From assembly GCA_031119155.1 (NCBI GenBank), contig JAVHYH010000001.1, positions 10,249 to 50,151 of the forward strand: DNA of 39,903 nt, read 5' to 3'. Positions 24,265 to 35,813 of this stretch are shown one piece after another (within the stretch, counting starts at the first letter, position 1; every line of letters begins with the position of its first letter). The position numbers and the translations under genes are program-made. This stretch comes from Brevundimonas sp. GTDB taxonomy: Bacteria > Pseudomonadota > Alphaproteobacteria > Caulobacterales > Caulobacteraceae. The notes beneath the pieces are model-generated. The model did not search any database. It was not told the origin of the DNA and worked only from the letters and a program-made list of their open reading frames with translations.

Positions 24265-24897
24265 TCAGGCGGCCTTTTCTTGCGGCGCGTCAGCGGCGGT
24301 CGCCGGACGCTCCTCGCCGGTGATCCGGTTCACGGCGACGCGGCCCAGCGCCGCAAGGTATTTCATGTATTCCAGCGTCATCCGCCGGGCGGTGACGGCG
24401 GCCCGCCACCAGCGTGAATTGTCCAGCGACGGCGTCTCGACGGCATAGGCGGTCAGCTTGACCCCCGGCGCGGCGGCGCGGATCTCGGTCAGGGCGCGGG
24501 CCATGTGATAGTCCGAGGTGACCACGATCAGGCTTTCATAGCCCTTGGCGTCGGCCCAGGCCGCGATCTCCTGCGCATTGCCGACGGTGTCCTCGGCCTC
24601 GAAGCCCAGATCGACGCAGCAGTTGAACAGGCGGCTCGAGCCGGGCGTCAGGGCGCGAAGCTCCTGACGACGAACCTCGCGGTTCACGCCCGAGATCAGC
24701 ACCCGCTCGCCCTTGTCCTGCTCCAGCAGGCGGATGGCGGCGTTGACCCGCTCGGCCGACGGACCGGTCAGGGCCACGATGGCGTCGGCGCGCGCGGGCT
24801 CCTCGGCGGGCGTATAGCCGCGGACCCGTTCGGCGAAGACGAACAGGCCGATCAGCCAGATCAGCACCAGAATGGCGATGAAAGTCAGAAACTTCAT
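24265..24897 (-). CDS. YdcF/DUF218 family protein
   Basis: N-terminal TM, DAIVALTG, LISGV, DTVGNAQE, VVTSDYHMARA. Confidence 0.9.
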   Translation of the reverse strand: MKFLTFIAILVLIWLIGLFVFAERVRGYTPAEEPARADAIVALTGPSAERVNAAIRLLEQDKGERVLISGVNREVRRQELRALTPGSSRLFNCCVDLGFEAEDTVGNAQEIAAWADAKGYESLIVVTSDYHMARALTEIRAAAPGVKLTAYAVETPSLDNSRWWRAAVTARRMTLEYMKYLAALGRVAVNRITGEERPATAADAPQEKAA

Positions 24898-24906
24898 GCC
24901 TTTAGC

Positions 24907-25788
24907 TTACCCATGCCCCCTCAGCCGCGCCAGCGCCGTGAAGCGCGCGGCGACAAGCGCCACCGTAGCCGCCAGCAGCGGACATGGCGAGAGCAGCAGA
25001 ATATCACTCCAGGCGACCGGCAGGGCGGGGGACAGGCCCTCGCTGCCGCCCAGCAGGCGCATCGCCGACGCCGCCAGCATGGCCGCCAGCGCCCCCGCCG
25101 CGCCTGCGCCCGCCGCCAGCAGGCCGTAGCGGCGCTGGAACAGGCCGGCGATCCGGTTGTCCGAGGCGCCGTTCAGGCTCAGGGTCTGGATCACTGCGGC
25201 CTGCGCCGCCATCCCGGCGCGTGTCGCATAGGCCACCGCCGCCCCCGCCGCGCCGGCGGTCAGGACGAAGGCGAGAACCGCCAGCACGGTGATCAGGCCC
25301 GCCGATCGCTCGGCCTCGCCGCGCCACAGGCTGTGGTCGTCTACACTGGCGTCCACCCCTGCCTGCGCCAGCGCGCGGCTCAGGGTCACCGCGCTGGCCG
25401 GCGCCTCGCGGTTCAGGCGCACGGTGACCAGATAGGGCAGGGGCAGGTCCGGCAGTACGGCATCCCCGACCCAGGGACGCAGCAGATTCTCCGCCGTCTT
25501 GCGGTCCATGGCCACGGCCTCGTCCACGCCGTCCACGCCGGCGAGGGTCTCGGCGGCGCGGGCCGCGGCGGCGTCGCCGGTTTCGCCCACACGCGGTCGC
25601 ACCTGCACCGTCGCCTCGGCGCCGAGCGCCCGCGCCCAGCCGTGCGCGGCCCGATCCGCCGCCAGGGCCCCCACCGCCGACAGGCAGGCGAGGAAGCACA
25701 GCACGGCGATCACCGCCGCCAGCCAGGGCTCGCCGCCGGTGTCGCGCGGCAGGATGGGTGCGCGCTGGGGGAAGAACCGGCCCATCAT
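24907..25788 (-). CDS. ftsX: Cell division permease FtsX
   Basis: TM1 + periplasmic loop (LPLPYLVTV, VDDHSLW) + 3 TMs, LNGASDNRIA; downstream of ftsE with ATGA overlap. Confidence 0.88.
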   Translation of the reverse strand: MMGRFFPQRAPILPRDTGGEPWLAAVIAVLCFLACLSAVGALAADRAAHGWARALGAEATVQVRPRVGETGDAAAARAAETLAGVDGVDEAVAMDRKTAENLLRPWVGDAVLPDLPLPYLVTVRLNREAPASAVTLSRALAQAGVDASVDDHSLWRGEAERSAGLITVLAVLAFVLTAGAAGAAVAYATRAGMAAQAAVIQTLSLNGASDNRIAGLFQRRYGLLAAGAGAAGALAAMLAASAMRLLGGSEGLSPALPVAWSDILLLSPCPLLAATVALVAARFTALARLRGHG

Positions 25789-26495
25789 GCCCCGCCTCCG
25801 GTCAGTCGTCCGCCGGATAAGGTCAGCACCGTCGCGCCCGAGCGGGCGGCCAGATCGGCGTCATGGGTGGCGATCAGCACGGTGGTGCCCAGCCGGTTCA
25901 TCGACTGGAACAGCTTCAGCAGCCGTCCGGCCATGGCCGCGTCCACATTCCCGGTCGGCTCGTCGGCGATGATCAGATCGGGGCTCGTGACCACGGCCCG
26001 GGCGATGGCCAGCCGCTGCTTCTCGCCCCCCGACAGGGCCGCGGGGCGCGCATCGACCTTCGCGCCCAGTCCGACCCACTCCAGCATCTCGTGCACATTG
26101 TCGGCGTAGTCCTGCACCTTCATCCCGGCCAGTCGCAGCGGCAGGGCGACATTCTCCCAGGCGCTCAGGTGGTCCAGCAGGCGGAAGTCCTGGAACACCA
26201 CCCCCATCCGTCGCCGAAACTCGGGCACGGCGGATCGCGGCGCGGTTCCGGCCTCTTCCCCGAACAACTCCAGCGTCCCCGACTGGGGCCGCGCATCCAG
26301 CGTCAGCAGTTTCAGCAGCGTCGACTTTCCCGCGCCCGACGGCCCGGTAAGGAAGTGGAAAGAGCCCTTGGGCAAAGTGAGGTTAACGTCCCGCAGCACG
26401 CCGGGCGTCTCTTCATAGCCGAACCGCACCCCGCGCAGGCGGGCTGTGGCGGGCGATGAGGCGGCATCGGCGGCGCGACGGGGCTGAACGGACAT
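25785..26495 (-). CDS. ftsE: Cell division ATP-binding protein FtsE
   Basis: FHFLTGPSGAGKSTLL, GVVFQDFRLL, LSGGEKQR, ADEPTGNVD, IATHD; start MSVQPRR inferred. Confidence 0.92.
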   Translation of the reverse strand: MSVQPRRAADAASSPATARLRGVRFGYEETPGVLRDVNLTLPKGSFHFLTGPSGAGKSTLLKLLTLDARPQSGTLELFGEEAGTAPRSAVPEFRRRMGVVFQDFRLLDHLSAWENVALPLRLAGMKVQDYADNVHEMLEWVGLGAKVDARPAALSGGEKQRLAIARAVVTSPDLIIADEPTGNVDAAMAGRLLKLFQSMNRLGTTVLIATHDADLAARSGATVLTLSGGRLTGGGA

Positions 26496-26564
26496 CAATT
26501 CTTGGATCGGTACGCGGCTGGGCCGCGAACGGGGGAGGGGCGAAGAGCCTCGCAGTCGGCGCTT

Positions 26565-27575
26565 ATGATACTGACCTGCCCGTCCTGCGCCACCAGCTAT
26601 TTCACCCCGAACGATGCGATCGGGGCGAACGGCCGCACCGTGCGCTGCAAGACCTGCAAACACACCTGGCGCGCCACGCTCGAGGAACCGCTCGAACTGT
26701 CCGCCTCCGCGCCGGAAGAGCCCGTCAGCTTCGGTCGTCGGGACGAGCCCGCCGCCGAATCACTGGCCGAGACCCCGGCCCCCGAATTGCCCCGCGCCTT
26801 CCGTGCCCGCGCCGAACAGCAGCGCCGCCTGCGCCGCGCCGCCACCCACGGCGTGGTCTGGGCGGGCGTGGCGTCCGGCTTCGCCGCCTTGCTGGCGGCC
26901 GCCTGGCTGTTCCGGGTCGATGTGGTCGAGATGGCGCCGCGCACCGCCGCCGCCTATGCCGCCGTCGGCCTGACGGTGAACCCGACCGGTCTGGATTTCG
27001 AGGCGATCAGCGCCCGTCCCATGCCCAATGATCCGGGCAAGGTTCTCGTCTCGGGCGCCCTGCGCAATGTGCGCGACAATGAGCGGATCGCACCTCCGGT
27101 GCGGGTCAGCCTGCTGGATGCACATGGCGCCGAGATCGGCCATGCCGTCGTCAATATCGACGCCGCCCCCGTCCTGCCCGGCAAGGTGCAGGGTTTCGCC
27201 GTCGTCATCGCGGATCCCGGCGCGCGAGGTCAGGGCATCGACGTCGACTTCGTTCTGGACGCCGCCGTCGTCCACGCCGCCCCGGCTCACACGCCGGCGC
27301 CGGCGCGCTCGCACACCCCGGCGCCGCCTGCCCATGACGCGGAGCCCCCGGCCCCCGGCCATGGTCCCGCGCCGACCGCTCCGGCCGCGCCGCAGGCCCA
27401 CGGGGTCCAGCCGGTTTCGGTCGCCCGCGAGGCCAGCCTGCGCCCGGCCCTGACGCCCGGCATGGTCATTCCGGCGGACCTTCAGCCCATCGACGCCGTG
27501 CCGACATCGACGGAAGGTCGTTCAAGGGCTCTCGACTCGCACGCCCCTCGGGCGGTATCGCGGGGTCATGGCTGA
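26565..27575 (+). CDS. zitP: ZitP-like polar protein (MJ0042-type zinc ribbon + TM + DUF3426)
   Basis: MILTCPSCATSY...VRCKTCKHTW zinc ribbon, ELPRAFRA, TM ending FRVDVV, periplasmic domain; divergent from ftsE. Confidence 0.85.
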   Translation: MILTCPSCATSYFTPNDAIGANGRTVRCKTCKHTWRATLEEPLELSASAPEEPVSFGRRDEPAAESLAETPAPELPRAFRARAEQQRRLRRAATHGVVWAGVASGFAALLAAAWLFRVDVVEMAPRTAAAYAAVGLTVNPTGLDFEAISARPMPNDPGKVLVSGALRNVRDNERIAPPVRVSLLDAHGAEIGHAVVNIDAAPVLPGKVQGFAVVIADPGARGQGIDVDFVLDAAVVHAAPAHTPAPARSHTPAPPAHDAEPPAPGHGPAPTAPAAPQAHGVQPVSVAREASLRPALTPGMVIPADLQPIDAVPTSTEGRSRALDSHAPRAVSRGHG

Positions 27576-28104
27576 CACCTCCCCGACGACGCCCACCGTG
27601 CTGCTTCCGGAAGCGGAGGTGCAACGCATCGTCGCCGACCTCGCCGCGCAGATCGCCCCCGTCATCGACGACGAGACCGTCGCCGCGGTCCTGCTGACCG
27701 GCGGCCTGTGGTTCGCCGCCGACCTGACCCGCGCCCTGTCGCGCGTCGGACGCAACGTCCGCTTCGACGCCCTGTGGCTCGCCTCCTACGGCGACGAGCA
27801 GAACAGCCGGGGCAAGATCGACGTCTATGCCGATTTCCAGCGCTCCATCGAGGGCCGCCGCGTCCTGATCATCGACGACGTCTTCGACACCGGCCTGTCG
27901 CTGGCCGAGGCCGTGCGGATCGCCAAGGAAAAGGGCGCGTCGGAAGTCCTGACCGTCGTCTTCGCCAAAAAGCCCTGGCCCCTGCCGCGCGCGCCTGAAC
28001 CCGACTTCGTCGGCTGGGACGCGCCGAACCGGTTCCTTGTCGGCTACGGGCTGGATCACGCAGGGGCCCTGCGCGGGCTGCCGGATGTGTGTGCGCTGGA
28101 CTAG
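27568..28104 (+). CDS. hpt: Hypoxanthine phosphoribosyltransferase
   Basis: LLTGGLWFAADL, VLIIDDVFDTGLSL PRPP loop, FLVGYGLD. Confidence 0.88.
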   Translation: MADTSPTTPTVLLPEAEVQRIVADLAAQIAPVIDDETVAAVLLTGGLWFAADLTRALSRVGRNVRFDALWLASYGDEQNSRGKIDVYADFQRSIEGRRVLIIDDVFDTGLSLAEAVRIAKEKGASEVLTVVFAKKPWPLPRAPEPDFVGWDAPNRFLVGYGLDHAGALRGLPDVCALD

Positions 28105-28184
28105 GTTTCAGGTTCCAGGTGTTAGGGGCCAGGCGACTATGCGCCGCGCTCCCCCTCAAACCTGGCCCCTAAAACCTGGAACCT
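28103..28184. repeat. Heptamer-armed inverted-repeat element (AGGNNNN family)
   Basis: AGGTTTC AGGTTCC AGGTGTT AGGGGCC AGG ... CCTGGCC CCTAAAA CCTGGAA CCT; arms 28110-28133 and 28161-28184 are 23/24 inverted. Confidence 0.8.
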
Positions 28185-29486
28185 TCAGAGCCAGTCCGCC
28201 TTCGGCTCCCGCGCCCACATCTCGTCGTAGCTCGGACGCGGTCGCACGATTGCCCAGCGGTCGCCATCGACCAGCACCTCGGCCACCAGCGGACGCGAGT
28301 TGTACTCGCTCGACAGCACGGCCCCGTAGGCTCCGGCGCTCAGGAAGGCGACCAGATCGCCCGCCTGCAACGGCGCCAGCGACCGGTCGCGGGCGAAGAT
28401 GTCCGTCGACTCGCAGATCGGCCCGACCAGATCGTAGGCCTTGGCCCCACCCTCGCGCGGCGTCACCGGGACGAGGTCGTGGAAGGCGTCATAGAGGGCG
28501 GGCCGCATCAGGTCGTTCATCCCCGCATCGAGGACGAGGAACCGGCGACCATCCGCGCGCTGGTTCACCTGAATGACGCGGCTGACCAGAACGCCCGCAT
28601 TTGCGGCCAGCAGACGGCCCGGCTCGAACGCCGCCTCGACCTCCAGACCGTCCAGCACGCGCGCACACATGGCGGCGTAGTCGGAGATGGAGGGCAGGTC
28701 GGTCTGGCCGTGATAGGGCACGCCCAGCCCGCCGCCGAGGTCCAGCCGGGTGATCTCGCAGCCCTTGGCGCGCAGGGTCTCCACCACGCCCCGGATGGTC
28801 CGGAAGGCGGCCTCCATCGGCGTCAGGTCGGTGATCTGGCTGCCGATGTGGCAGGCCAGCCCGACCGGCGTCACATGCGGCGAAGCGGTGGCGCGGACAT
28901 ACAGGTCGATGGCTTCCTCGACCGGCACGCCGAACTTGTCGGTCGCCCCGCCGGTGGTGATCTTGGCGTGACCGCCCGCGCCGATGTTCGGATTGACCCG
29001 CACGGCAATCGAAGGGGTCGCTACCGCTCGCGACGCGGTCGCTCGCTGCTTGAGCGACGATGAGACGTGGATCAGCCGGTCCAGCTCCGCGCCGCTTTCG
29101 ACGTTGATCTGGCGCACGCCGGTCTCGATGGCGAAGGCCAGTTCGGCGTCGGTCTTGCCCACGCCCGAGAAGATGATTTTGTCGGCCGGGATGCCCGCCG
29201 CCAGCGCCCGGCGGATCTCGCCTTCCGACACGGTGTCGGCGCCGCAGCCCAGCTTCGCCAGCGTCGCCAGCACCGACAGGTTGGAGTTGGCCTTGACCGC
29301 GAAGGCGATCAGGCTGTCGCCCAGCGCACCCCGGTGGTTGTCCAGCGCCCCGCGTAGCAGGCTGTAGTGCCGGGTCAGGGTGGCGGTCGAATAGACATAG
29401 ACCGGCGTGCCGACGGCTTCGGCGATGACGGGCAGGGGCACGCCCTCGGCGTGCAGGACGCCGTCGATCAGGTCGAAATGGTTCAA
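28185..29486 (-). CDS. lysA: Diaminopimelate decarboxylase
   Basis: GTPVYVYS, FAVKANSN, FSGVGKT, CHIGSQI, DLGGGLG, EPGR, GPICESTD, GAYG..SSEYNSRP; TTG start. Confidence 0.96.
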   Translation of the reverse strand: MNHFDLIDGVLHAEGVPLPVIAEAVGTPVYVYSTATLTRHYSLLRGALDNHRGALGDSLIAFAVKANSNLSVLATLAKLGCGADTVSEGEIRRALAAGIPADKIIFSGVGKTDAELAFAIETGVRQINVESGAELDRLIHVSSSLKQRATASRAVATPSIAVRVNPNIGAGGHAKITTGGATDKFGVPVEEAIDLYVRATASPHVTPVGLACHIGSQITDLTPMEAAFRTIRGVVETLRAKGCEITRLDLGGGLGVPYHGQTDLPSISDYAAMCARVLDGLEVEAAFEPGRLLAANAGVLVSRVIQVNQRADGRRFLVLDAGMNDLMRPALYDAFHDLVPVTPREGGAKAYDLVGPICESTDIFARDRSLAPLQAGDLVAFLSAGAYGAVLSSEYNSRPLVAEVLVDGDRWAIVRPRPSYDEMWAREPKADWL

Positions 29487-29507
29487 GTCAGGATCCCGGG
29501 GAGAGGA

Positions 29508-29744
29508 TCAGCGCGGGCTGTTGCCCGCACCGTCGAAGGGGGTCGAGCCGGGACCGCCGTCGATGGGCAGTTCGCGGTTCGGGCGGTTGACGGTGGCCGG
29601 CTCCGGCAGGCCGGGCGCGCGCGCGTCGCGCATGCCGCGCTCGGTGCGTTTGGCGGGCGGCGCATCAAGGTCGGCCATGCGACCGCAGGCGGCGGCCGAG
29701 ACGGCGATCAGGGCGGCGACGCCCGCGACAACAAGCTTTTTCAT
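29508..29744 (-). CDS. Small lipoprotein between argH and lysA (LptM/YifL-like position)
   Basis: MKKLVVAGVAALIAVSAAAC lipobox followed by GRMADLDAPP; argH-lipoprotein-lysA order is common in proteobacteria. Confidence 0.8.
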   Translation of the reverse strand: MKKLVVAGVAALIAVSAAACGRMADLDAPPAKRTERGMRDARAPGLPEPATVNRPNRELPIDGGPGSTPFDGAGNSPR

Positions 29745-29754
29745 CCTGATCCCC

Positions 29755-31185
29755 TTAAGCCAGACGCATGCGCCATTCGGCGATGCGCGCCCGGACCTGT
29801 TCCGGCGCGGTGCCGCCAAAGCTCTGGCGACTGGCGCAGGAGGCCTCAGGCGTCAGCACCTTGTACACCTCTTCCGTCACGCCGGGATGCAGCTTCTGCA
29901 ATTCTTCCAGCGGCAGTTGCGACAGCCCCACGCCCAGCGCCTCGGCCCGCTTCACCGCCGCGCCCGTGACGTGGTGCGCCTGGCGGAACGGCAGGTTCAG
30001 TTCGCGCACCAGCCAGTCGGCCAGATCCGTGGCGGTCGAGAAGCCCGCGCCGGCGGCGGCGGCCATCTTTTCCGTGTTCGGGATCAGGGCCGCGACCATG
30101 GCCGTCATGGCGCCCAGTGCCAGATCCAGCGCATCGAACGCCTCGAACACCGGCGGCTTGTCCTCCTGCATGTCCTTCGAATAGGCCAGCGGCAGGCCCT
30201 TCATCACCGTCGACAGGGCGACCAGCGAGCCCATGATCCGGCCCGTCTTGGCGCGCACCAGTTCGGCGGCGTCCGGGTTGCGCTTCTGCGGCATGATCGA
30301 CGAGCCGGTGGTCAGGTCGTCCGGCAGCGTCACGAAGCCGAACATCGGCGTCATCCACACCACGATCTCTTCCGCCAGTCGCGACAGGTGTCCGGCGCAG
30401 ATCGAGGCGGCGGCCAGGCTCTCCAGCGCGAAGTCGCGGTCCGACACGGCGTCCAGGCTGTTCGCCATCGGACGGTCGAAGCCCAGGGTCGAGGCGGTCA
30501 TGTGCCGGTCGATGGGGAAGGGCGAGCCGGCCAGCGCCGCGGCGCCCAGCGGGTTCTCGTTCATCCGGGTGCGGGCATCGGCGAAGCGCCAGGCATCGCG
30601 CCCGAACATCTCGACATAGGCCATCAGGTGATGGCCCAGCGTCACCGGCTGGGCGGTCTGCAGATGGGTGAAGCCCGGCATCAGGTCGCCGGCATGCTGT
30701 TCAGCGCGCGCCAGCAGGGCCTTCTGCAGACCCTTCACCTGCACCACCTGCCGGTCGCAGGCGTCGCGCACCCACAGGCGGAAGTCGGTGGCCACCTGAT
30801 CATTGCGGCTGCGGGCGGTGTGCAGACGGCCTGACGGTTCGCCGATCAGTTCGTTCAGACGGGCCTCCACATTCATGTGGATGTCCTCGAACTGGTCGCG
30901 GAACGGGAAGCTGCCGTTGCGGATCTCGTCCTCGATGGCGTCCAGCCCGCCCAGGATGGCGTCGGCGTCGGCCTGCTGGATGATCCCCTGCGCGGCCAGC
31001 ATGCGACAATGGGCCCGCGACCCGGCCAGGTCCTGGGCCCAGAGCCTTTGGTCCACGCCGATGGAGACGTTGATCGCCTGCATGATTTCGGCCGGTTTGG
31101 CCGAGAAGCGGCCACCCCACATGTCTTGACCTTTGGCGCCCCCGGGGGCTTTGGTCGCGGGATCGGAGGGCGTCGGGTCTGACAT
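29755..31185 (-). CDS. argH: Argininosuccinate lyase
   Basis: [58 protein letters not shown]; start 31185 (MSDPT) or 31122 (MWGGRF). Confidence 0.96.
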   Translation of the reverse strand: MSDPTPSDPATKAPGGAKGQDMWGGRFSAKPAEIMQAINVSIGVDQRLWAQDLAGSRAHCRMLAAQGIIQQADADAILGGLDAIEDEIRNGSFPFRDQFEDIHMNVEARLNELIGEPSGRLHTARSRNDQVATDFRLWVRDACDRQVVQVKGLQKALLARAEQHAGDLMPGFTHLQTAQPVTLGHHLMAYVEMFGRDAWRFADARTRMNENPLGAAALAGSPFPIDRHMTASTLGFDRPMANSLDAVSDRDFALESLAAASICAGHLSRLAEEIVVWMTPMFGFVTLPDDLTTGSSIMPQKRNPDAAELVRAKTGRIMGSLVALSTVMKGLPLAYSKDMQEDKPPVFEAFDALDLALGAMTAMVAALIPNTEKMAAAAGAGFSTATDLADWLVRELNLPFRQAHHVTGAAVKRAEALGVGLSQLPLEELQKLHPGVTEEVYKVLTPEASCASRQSFGGTAPEQVRARIAEWRMRLA

Positions 31186-31807
31186 GGCTATCTCGAAGGC
31201 GATAATCGGCGCGGTCGTGGGCGTGCTGCTGATCGGCGTGATCGGCGGCGCGGCGCTGCTATACGCCAATCCGGGCGTGATCGACAAAGCCGCAACGCCG
31301 GAACCGCCCGCGAAAAGCGAGCTGGCCCGTTTCGCCACCGGCGCTATCGCCCGTCTGGAGACTCCGGCGGCGCTCGAACAGGCCCCGGCCTATGTGTTCA
31401 GGACCCGCGACGGCGCGGATGCGCGCCTGTCTGATTTCCGGGGCAAGGTGGTGGTGGTCAATCTGTGGGCCATGTGGTGCGCGCCCTGCCGCACCGAGAT
31501 GCCCACCATTGCGACACTGGCGAAGGACTACGCGGGTCAGGACGTCGTGGTCCTGCCGATCAATGTCGACGCCACCGAGGATGCCATCGCCGACGCGAAG
31601 AGCTTCATCGACGTGCACGAGCCCCTGCCGCTCTACAGCGATCCGAAATTCCAGCTGCCCTTCGAACTGCCGGGCAAGGGCAAGATGCCCCAGACGGTCC
31701 TGCTGGACCGTCAGGGGCGGATCCGCGCCCATTTCTCGGGCGAGGCGGACTGGGCCAGCCCCGAAGCCAAGGCGCTGATCGACGCCCTGCTGGCGGAGCC
31801 GGCCTGA
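31184..31807 (+). CDS. tlpA: TlpA-family thiol-disulfide reductase
   Basis: N-terminal TM anchor, [15 protein letters not shown] active site, MPQTVLLD cis-Pro, GEADW. Confidence 0.9.
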   Translation: MAISKAIIGAVVGVLLIGVIGGAALLYANPGVIDKAATPEPPAKSELARFATGAIARLETPAALEQAPAYVFRTRDGADARLSDFRGKVVVVNLWAMWCAPCRTEMPTIATLAKDYAGQDVVVLPINVDATEDAIADAKSFIDVHEPLPLYSDPKFQLPFELPGKGKMPQTVLLDRQGRIRAHFSGEADWASPEAKALIDALLAEPA

Positions 31808-31811
31808 GGCC

Positions 31812-32120
31812 TTAGTTCGCCGGAGCCGGGACGCGCTCGTCCGTGGCCGGATTGACCGCGCCGGGGCGACCTTCGGCGGCGGCTTCAGCCTGATTTTCCT
31901 CAAGCTTGTTGGCGGCCTTGCCGGCGGCTTCCTCGGTCGCCTGGGCGGCCTTCATGGCCCCGGCCTCGATGACTTCGCCCGCTTGGGCGGCGACATTGCC
32001 CGCCTCATCGGCGGCGGCGTTGGCGTCGGCCTGCGCCTGATCCTGTTCGGCCTCGGTGCAGGCGGCGGCGCCCAGCGATAGGGCGGCGATGGCGGTCAGG
32101 GCGACGATACGAATGCGCAT
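31812..32120 (-). CDS. Small Ala/Glu-rich lipoprotein
   Basis: Lipobox LGAAAC, low-complexity helical body, SD GAGGGA; preceded by a SigT-like promoter. Confidence 0.8.
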   Translation of the reverse strand: MRIRIVALTAIAALSLGAAACTEAEQDQAQADANAAADEAGNVAAQAGEVIEAGAMKAAQATEEAAGKAANKLEENQAEAAAEGRPGAVNPATDERVPAPAN

Positions 32121-32154
32121 GGGATTTCCCTCTCAGCGTTGAACCTGTGCGGTT

Positions 32155-32180
32155 AACGCAGGGCCGCCTGCAGCGGTTGC
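32155..32180 (-). promoter_or_regulatory. SigT/EcfG-type promoter
   Basis: GCAAC-N17-CGTT on minus strand, 34 bp upstream of the lipoprotein start. Confidence 0.55.
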
Positions 32181-32191
32181 GGCCTGCGACC

Positions 32192-34352
<2,161 letters not shown>

Positions 34353-34476
34353 GGGGGAGGGCTCCAGCAGGACGGGGCCGGCGGTCGCGAGCCCTTCTTG
34401 TGCGGCGAAGATAGGCGGTGCTTGTCGGCTGCGATAGACGCCATTATCGGCATGAACCTGTGAATGGAGTTCAGCA

Positions 34477-35376
34477 ATGAAGCGCGACGAACTGGGCGAC
34501 CTGGCCGCCTTTCTGGTCGTGGCGGAGGAGCGCGGGTTCACCAAGGCGGCCTTCCGTCTGGGCCAGTCGCCCTCGGCGCTCAGCCACACGATCCGGCGGC
34601 TGGAGACGCGTCTGGGCCTGCGTCTGCTCCTGCGCACGACCCGCAGCGTCTCGGTCACCGAGGCCGGGGAACGGCTGCTGGAGACCCTTCGCCCGGCCTT
34701 CGCCGATATCGAAAGCCGGATCGAGGCGCTGGCCGAGCTGCGCGACCGCCCCTCCGGCACCATCCGCATCAACTCCGGAGAACATGCCGCCCACACCATC
34801 CTCTGGCCGGTGCTGGAGCGTTTCCTGCCGCTCTATCCGGACGTAAAGGTCGAGATCACCACCGAGCTGGGCTACGCCGACATCGTGGAGCGCCGCTTCG
34901 ACGCGGGTGTGCGACTGGGCGAACAGGTCGAGCGGGATATGGTGGCGGTGCCGATCGGCCCGGACGTCAACATGGTCGTCGTCGGCGCCCCGTCGTGGTT
35001 CGCGCACCATCCAAAACCGGTCACGCCGCACGATCTCAACGACCATGTCTGCATCAACCTGCGCCTGCCGACACGGGGCGGTCTCTACGCGTGGGAGTTC
35101 GAGAAGGACGGACGCCAGCTCAACGTCCGTGTCGAGGGGCAACTGATCTTCAACGACATGGCCCTGATCCAGAAGGCCGCTGAGGCCGGGATGGGGCTGG
35201 GCTTCCTGATGGCCGATCAGGCCGCGCCGGGCATCGCCGACGGGCGGCTGATCCCCGTTCTGGAAGACTGGCGACCGCCCTTTCCGGGCTATCATCTCTA
35301 CTACCCCAGCCGCCGCCAGCCGACGCCGGCCTTCACCCTGCTGGTGGAGGCCTTGCGCTATCGCGGGGAGGGCTGA
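34477..35376 (+). CDS. LysR-family transcriptional regulator (CrgA/DmlR-like)
   Basis: HTH FTKAAFRLGQSPSALSHTIRRLETRLG..RTTRSVSVTEAG; FDAGVRLGE; YYPSRRQ; divergent from ADH. Confidence 0.95.
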   Translation: MKRDELGDLAAFLVVAEERGFTKAAFRLGQSPSALSHTIRRLETRLGLRLLLRTTRSVSVTEAGERLLETLRPAFADIESRIEALAELRDRPSGTIRINSGEHAAHTILWPVLERFLPLYPDVKVEITTELGYADIVERRFDAGVRLGEQVERDMVAVPIGPDVNMVVVGAPSWFAHHPKPVTPHDLNDHVCINLRLPTRGGLYAWEFEKDGRQLNVRVEGQLIFNDMALIQKAAEAGMGLGFLMADQAAPGIADGRLIPVLEDWRPPFPGYHLYYPSRRQPTPAFTLLVEALRYRGEG

Positions 35377-35389
35377 TCGTCGCCGGTCT

Positions 35390-35599
35390 TCAGGCTGCCG
35401 TCTTCTGCAGCCGCGCCTGCGCCTCGCGGCACAGGCCATTCAGCTGTCGGGTCAACGATGTGCCTTCCAGCTGGTTGACGTCGGCCATGGTGTAGCCGCT
35501 CTTCTCCATTGCCCGCGAAATCTCGCTGCGGCTCCGGTAGATGCCGGTCTTGGCCAGCTCGAAAGCCTGCTCGACCGGGTGAAGTCTGAACTGTGTCAT
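35390..35599 (-). CDS. Small helical hypothetical protein (69 aa)
   Basis: MTQFRLHPVEQAFELAKTG...QLEGTSLTRQLNGLC; GC3-rich codons; SigT-like promoter directly upstream. Confidence 0.75.
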   Translation of the reverse strand: MTQFRLHPVEQAFELAKTGIYRSRSEISRAMEKSGYTMADVNQLEGTSLTRQLNGLCREAQARLQKTAA

Positions 35600-35607
35600 G
35601 GTGGCCG

Positions 35608-35632
35608 AACGCCACCGGAGCACGCCTGTTCC
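35608..35632 (-). promoter_or_regulatory. SigT/EcfG-type promoter
   Basis: GGAAC-N16-CGTT on minus strand, 8 bp before the ATG at 35599. Confidence 0.7.
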
Positions 35633-35813
35633 TAAGTCGGTTTGCGGACGCAAGCGTCGCCGGACGTCCCTGTTGGCGGCCCGCCCCGTAGCTCGCTAAA
35701 GTTCGGAACGGACCGCCAGAACAGCCGCCCTGCCGATAGAAGGGGCGACCATCCGACGGATGGTACGTCCGGTAGACTTGATCGGATCACCTGCCGTGGA
35801 CAGGCGGCTGTCG

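Noticed and set aside
27270-27420. His/Pro/Ala-rich low-complexity tail of ZitP as a repeat insertion
   Set aside because: No nucleotide-level palindrome or exact repeat; consistent with an ordinary disordered tail
35761-35781. TGGTACGTCCGGTAGACTTGA, resembling the reverse complement of a tRNA 3' end (possible att scar)
   Set aside because: Does not match the tRNA-Met in this window, the T-arm is incomplete, and the match is too short to separate from chance
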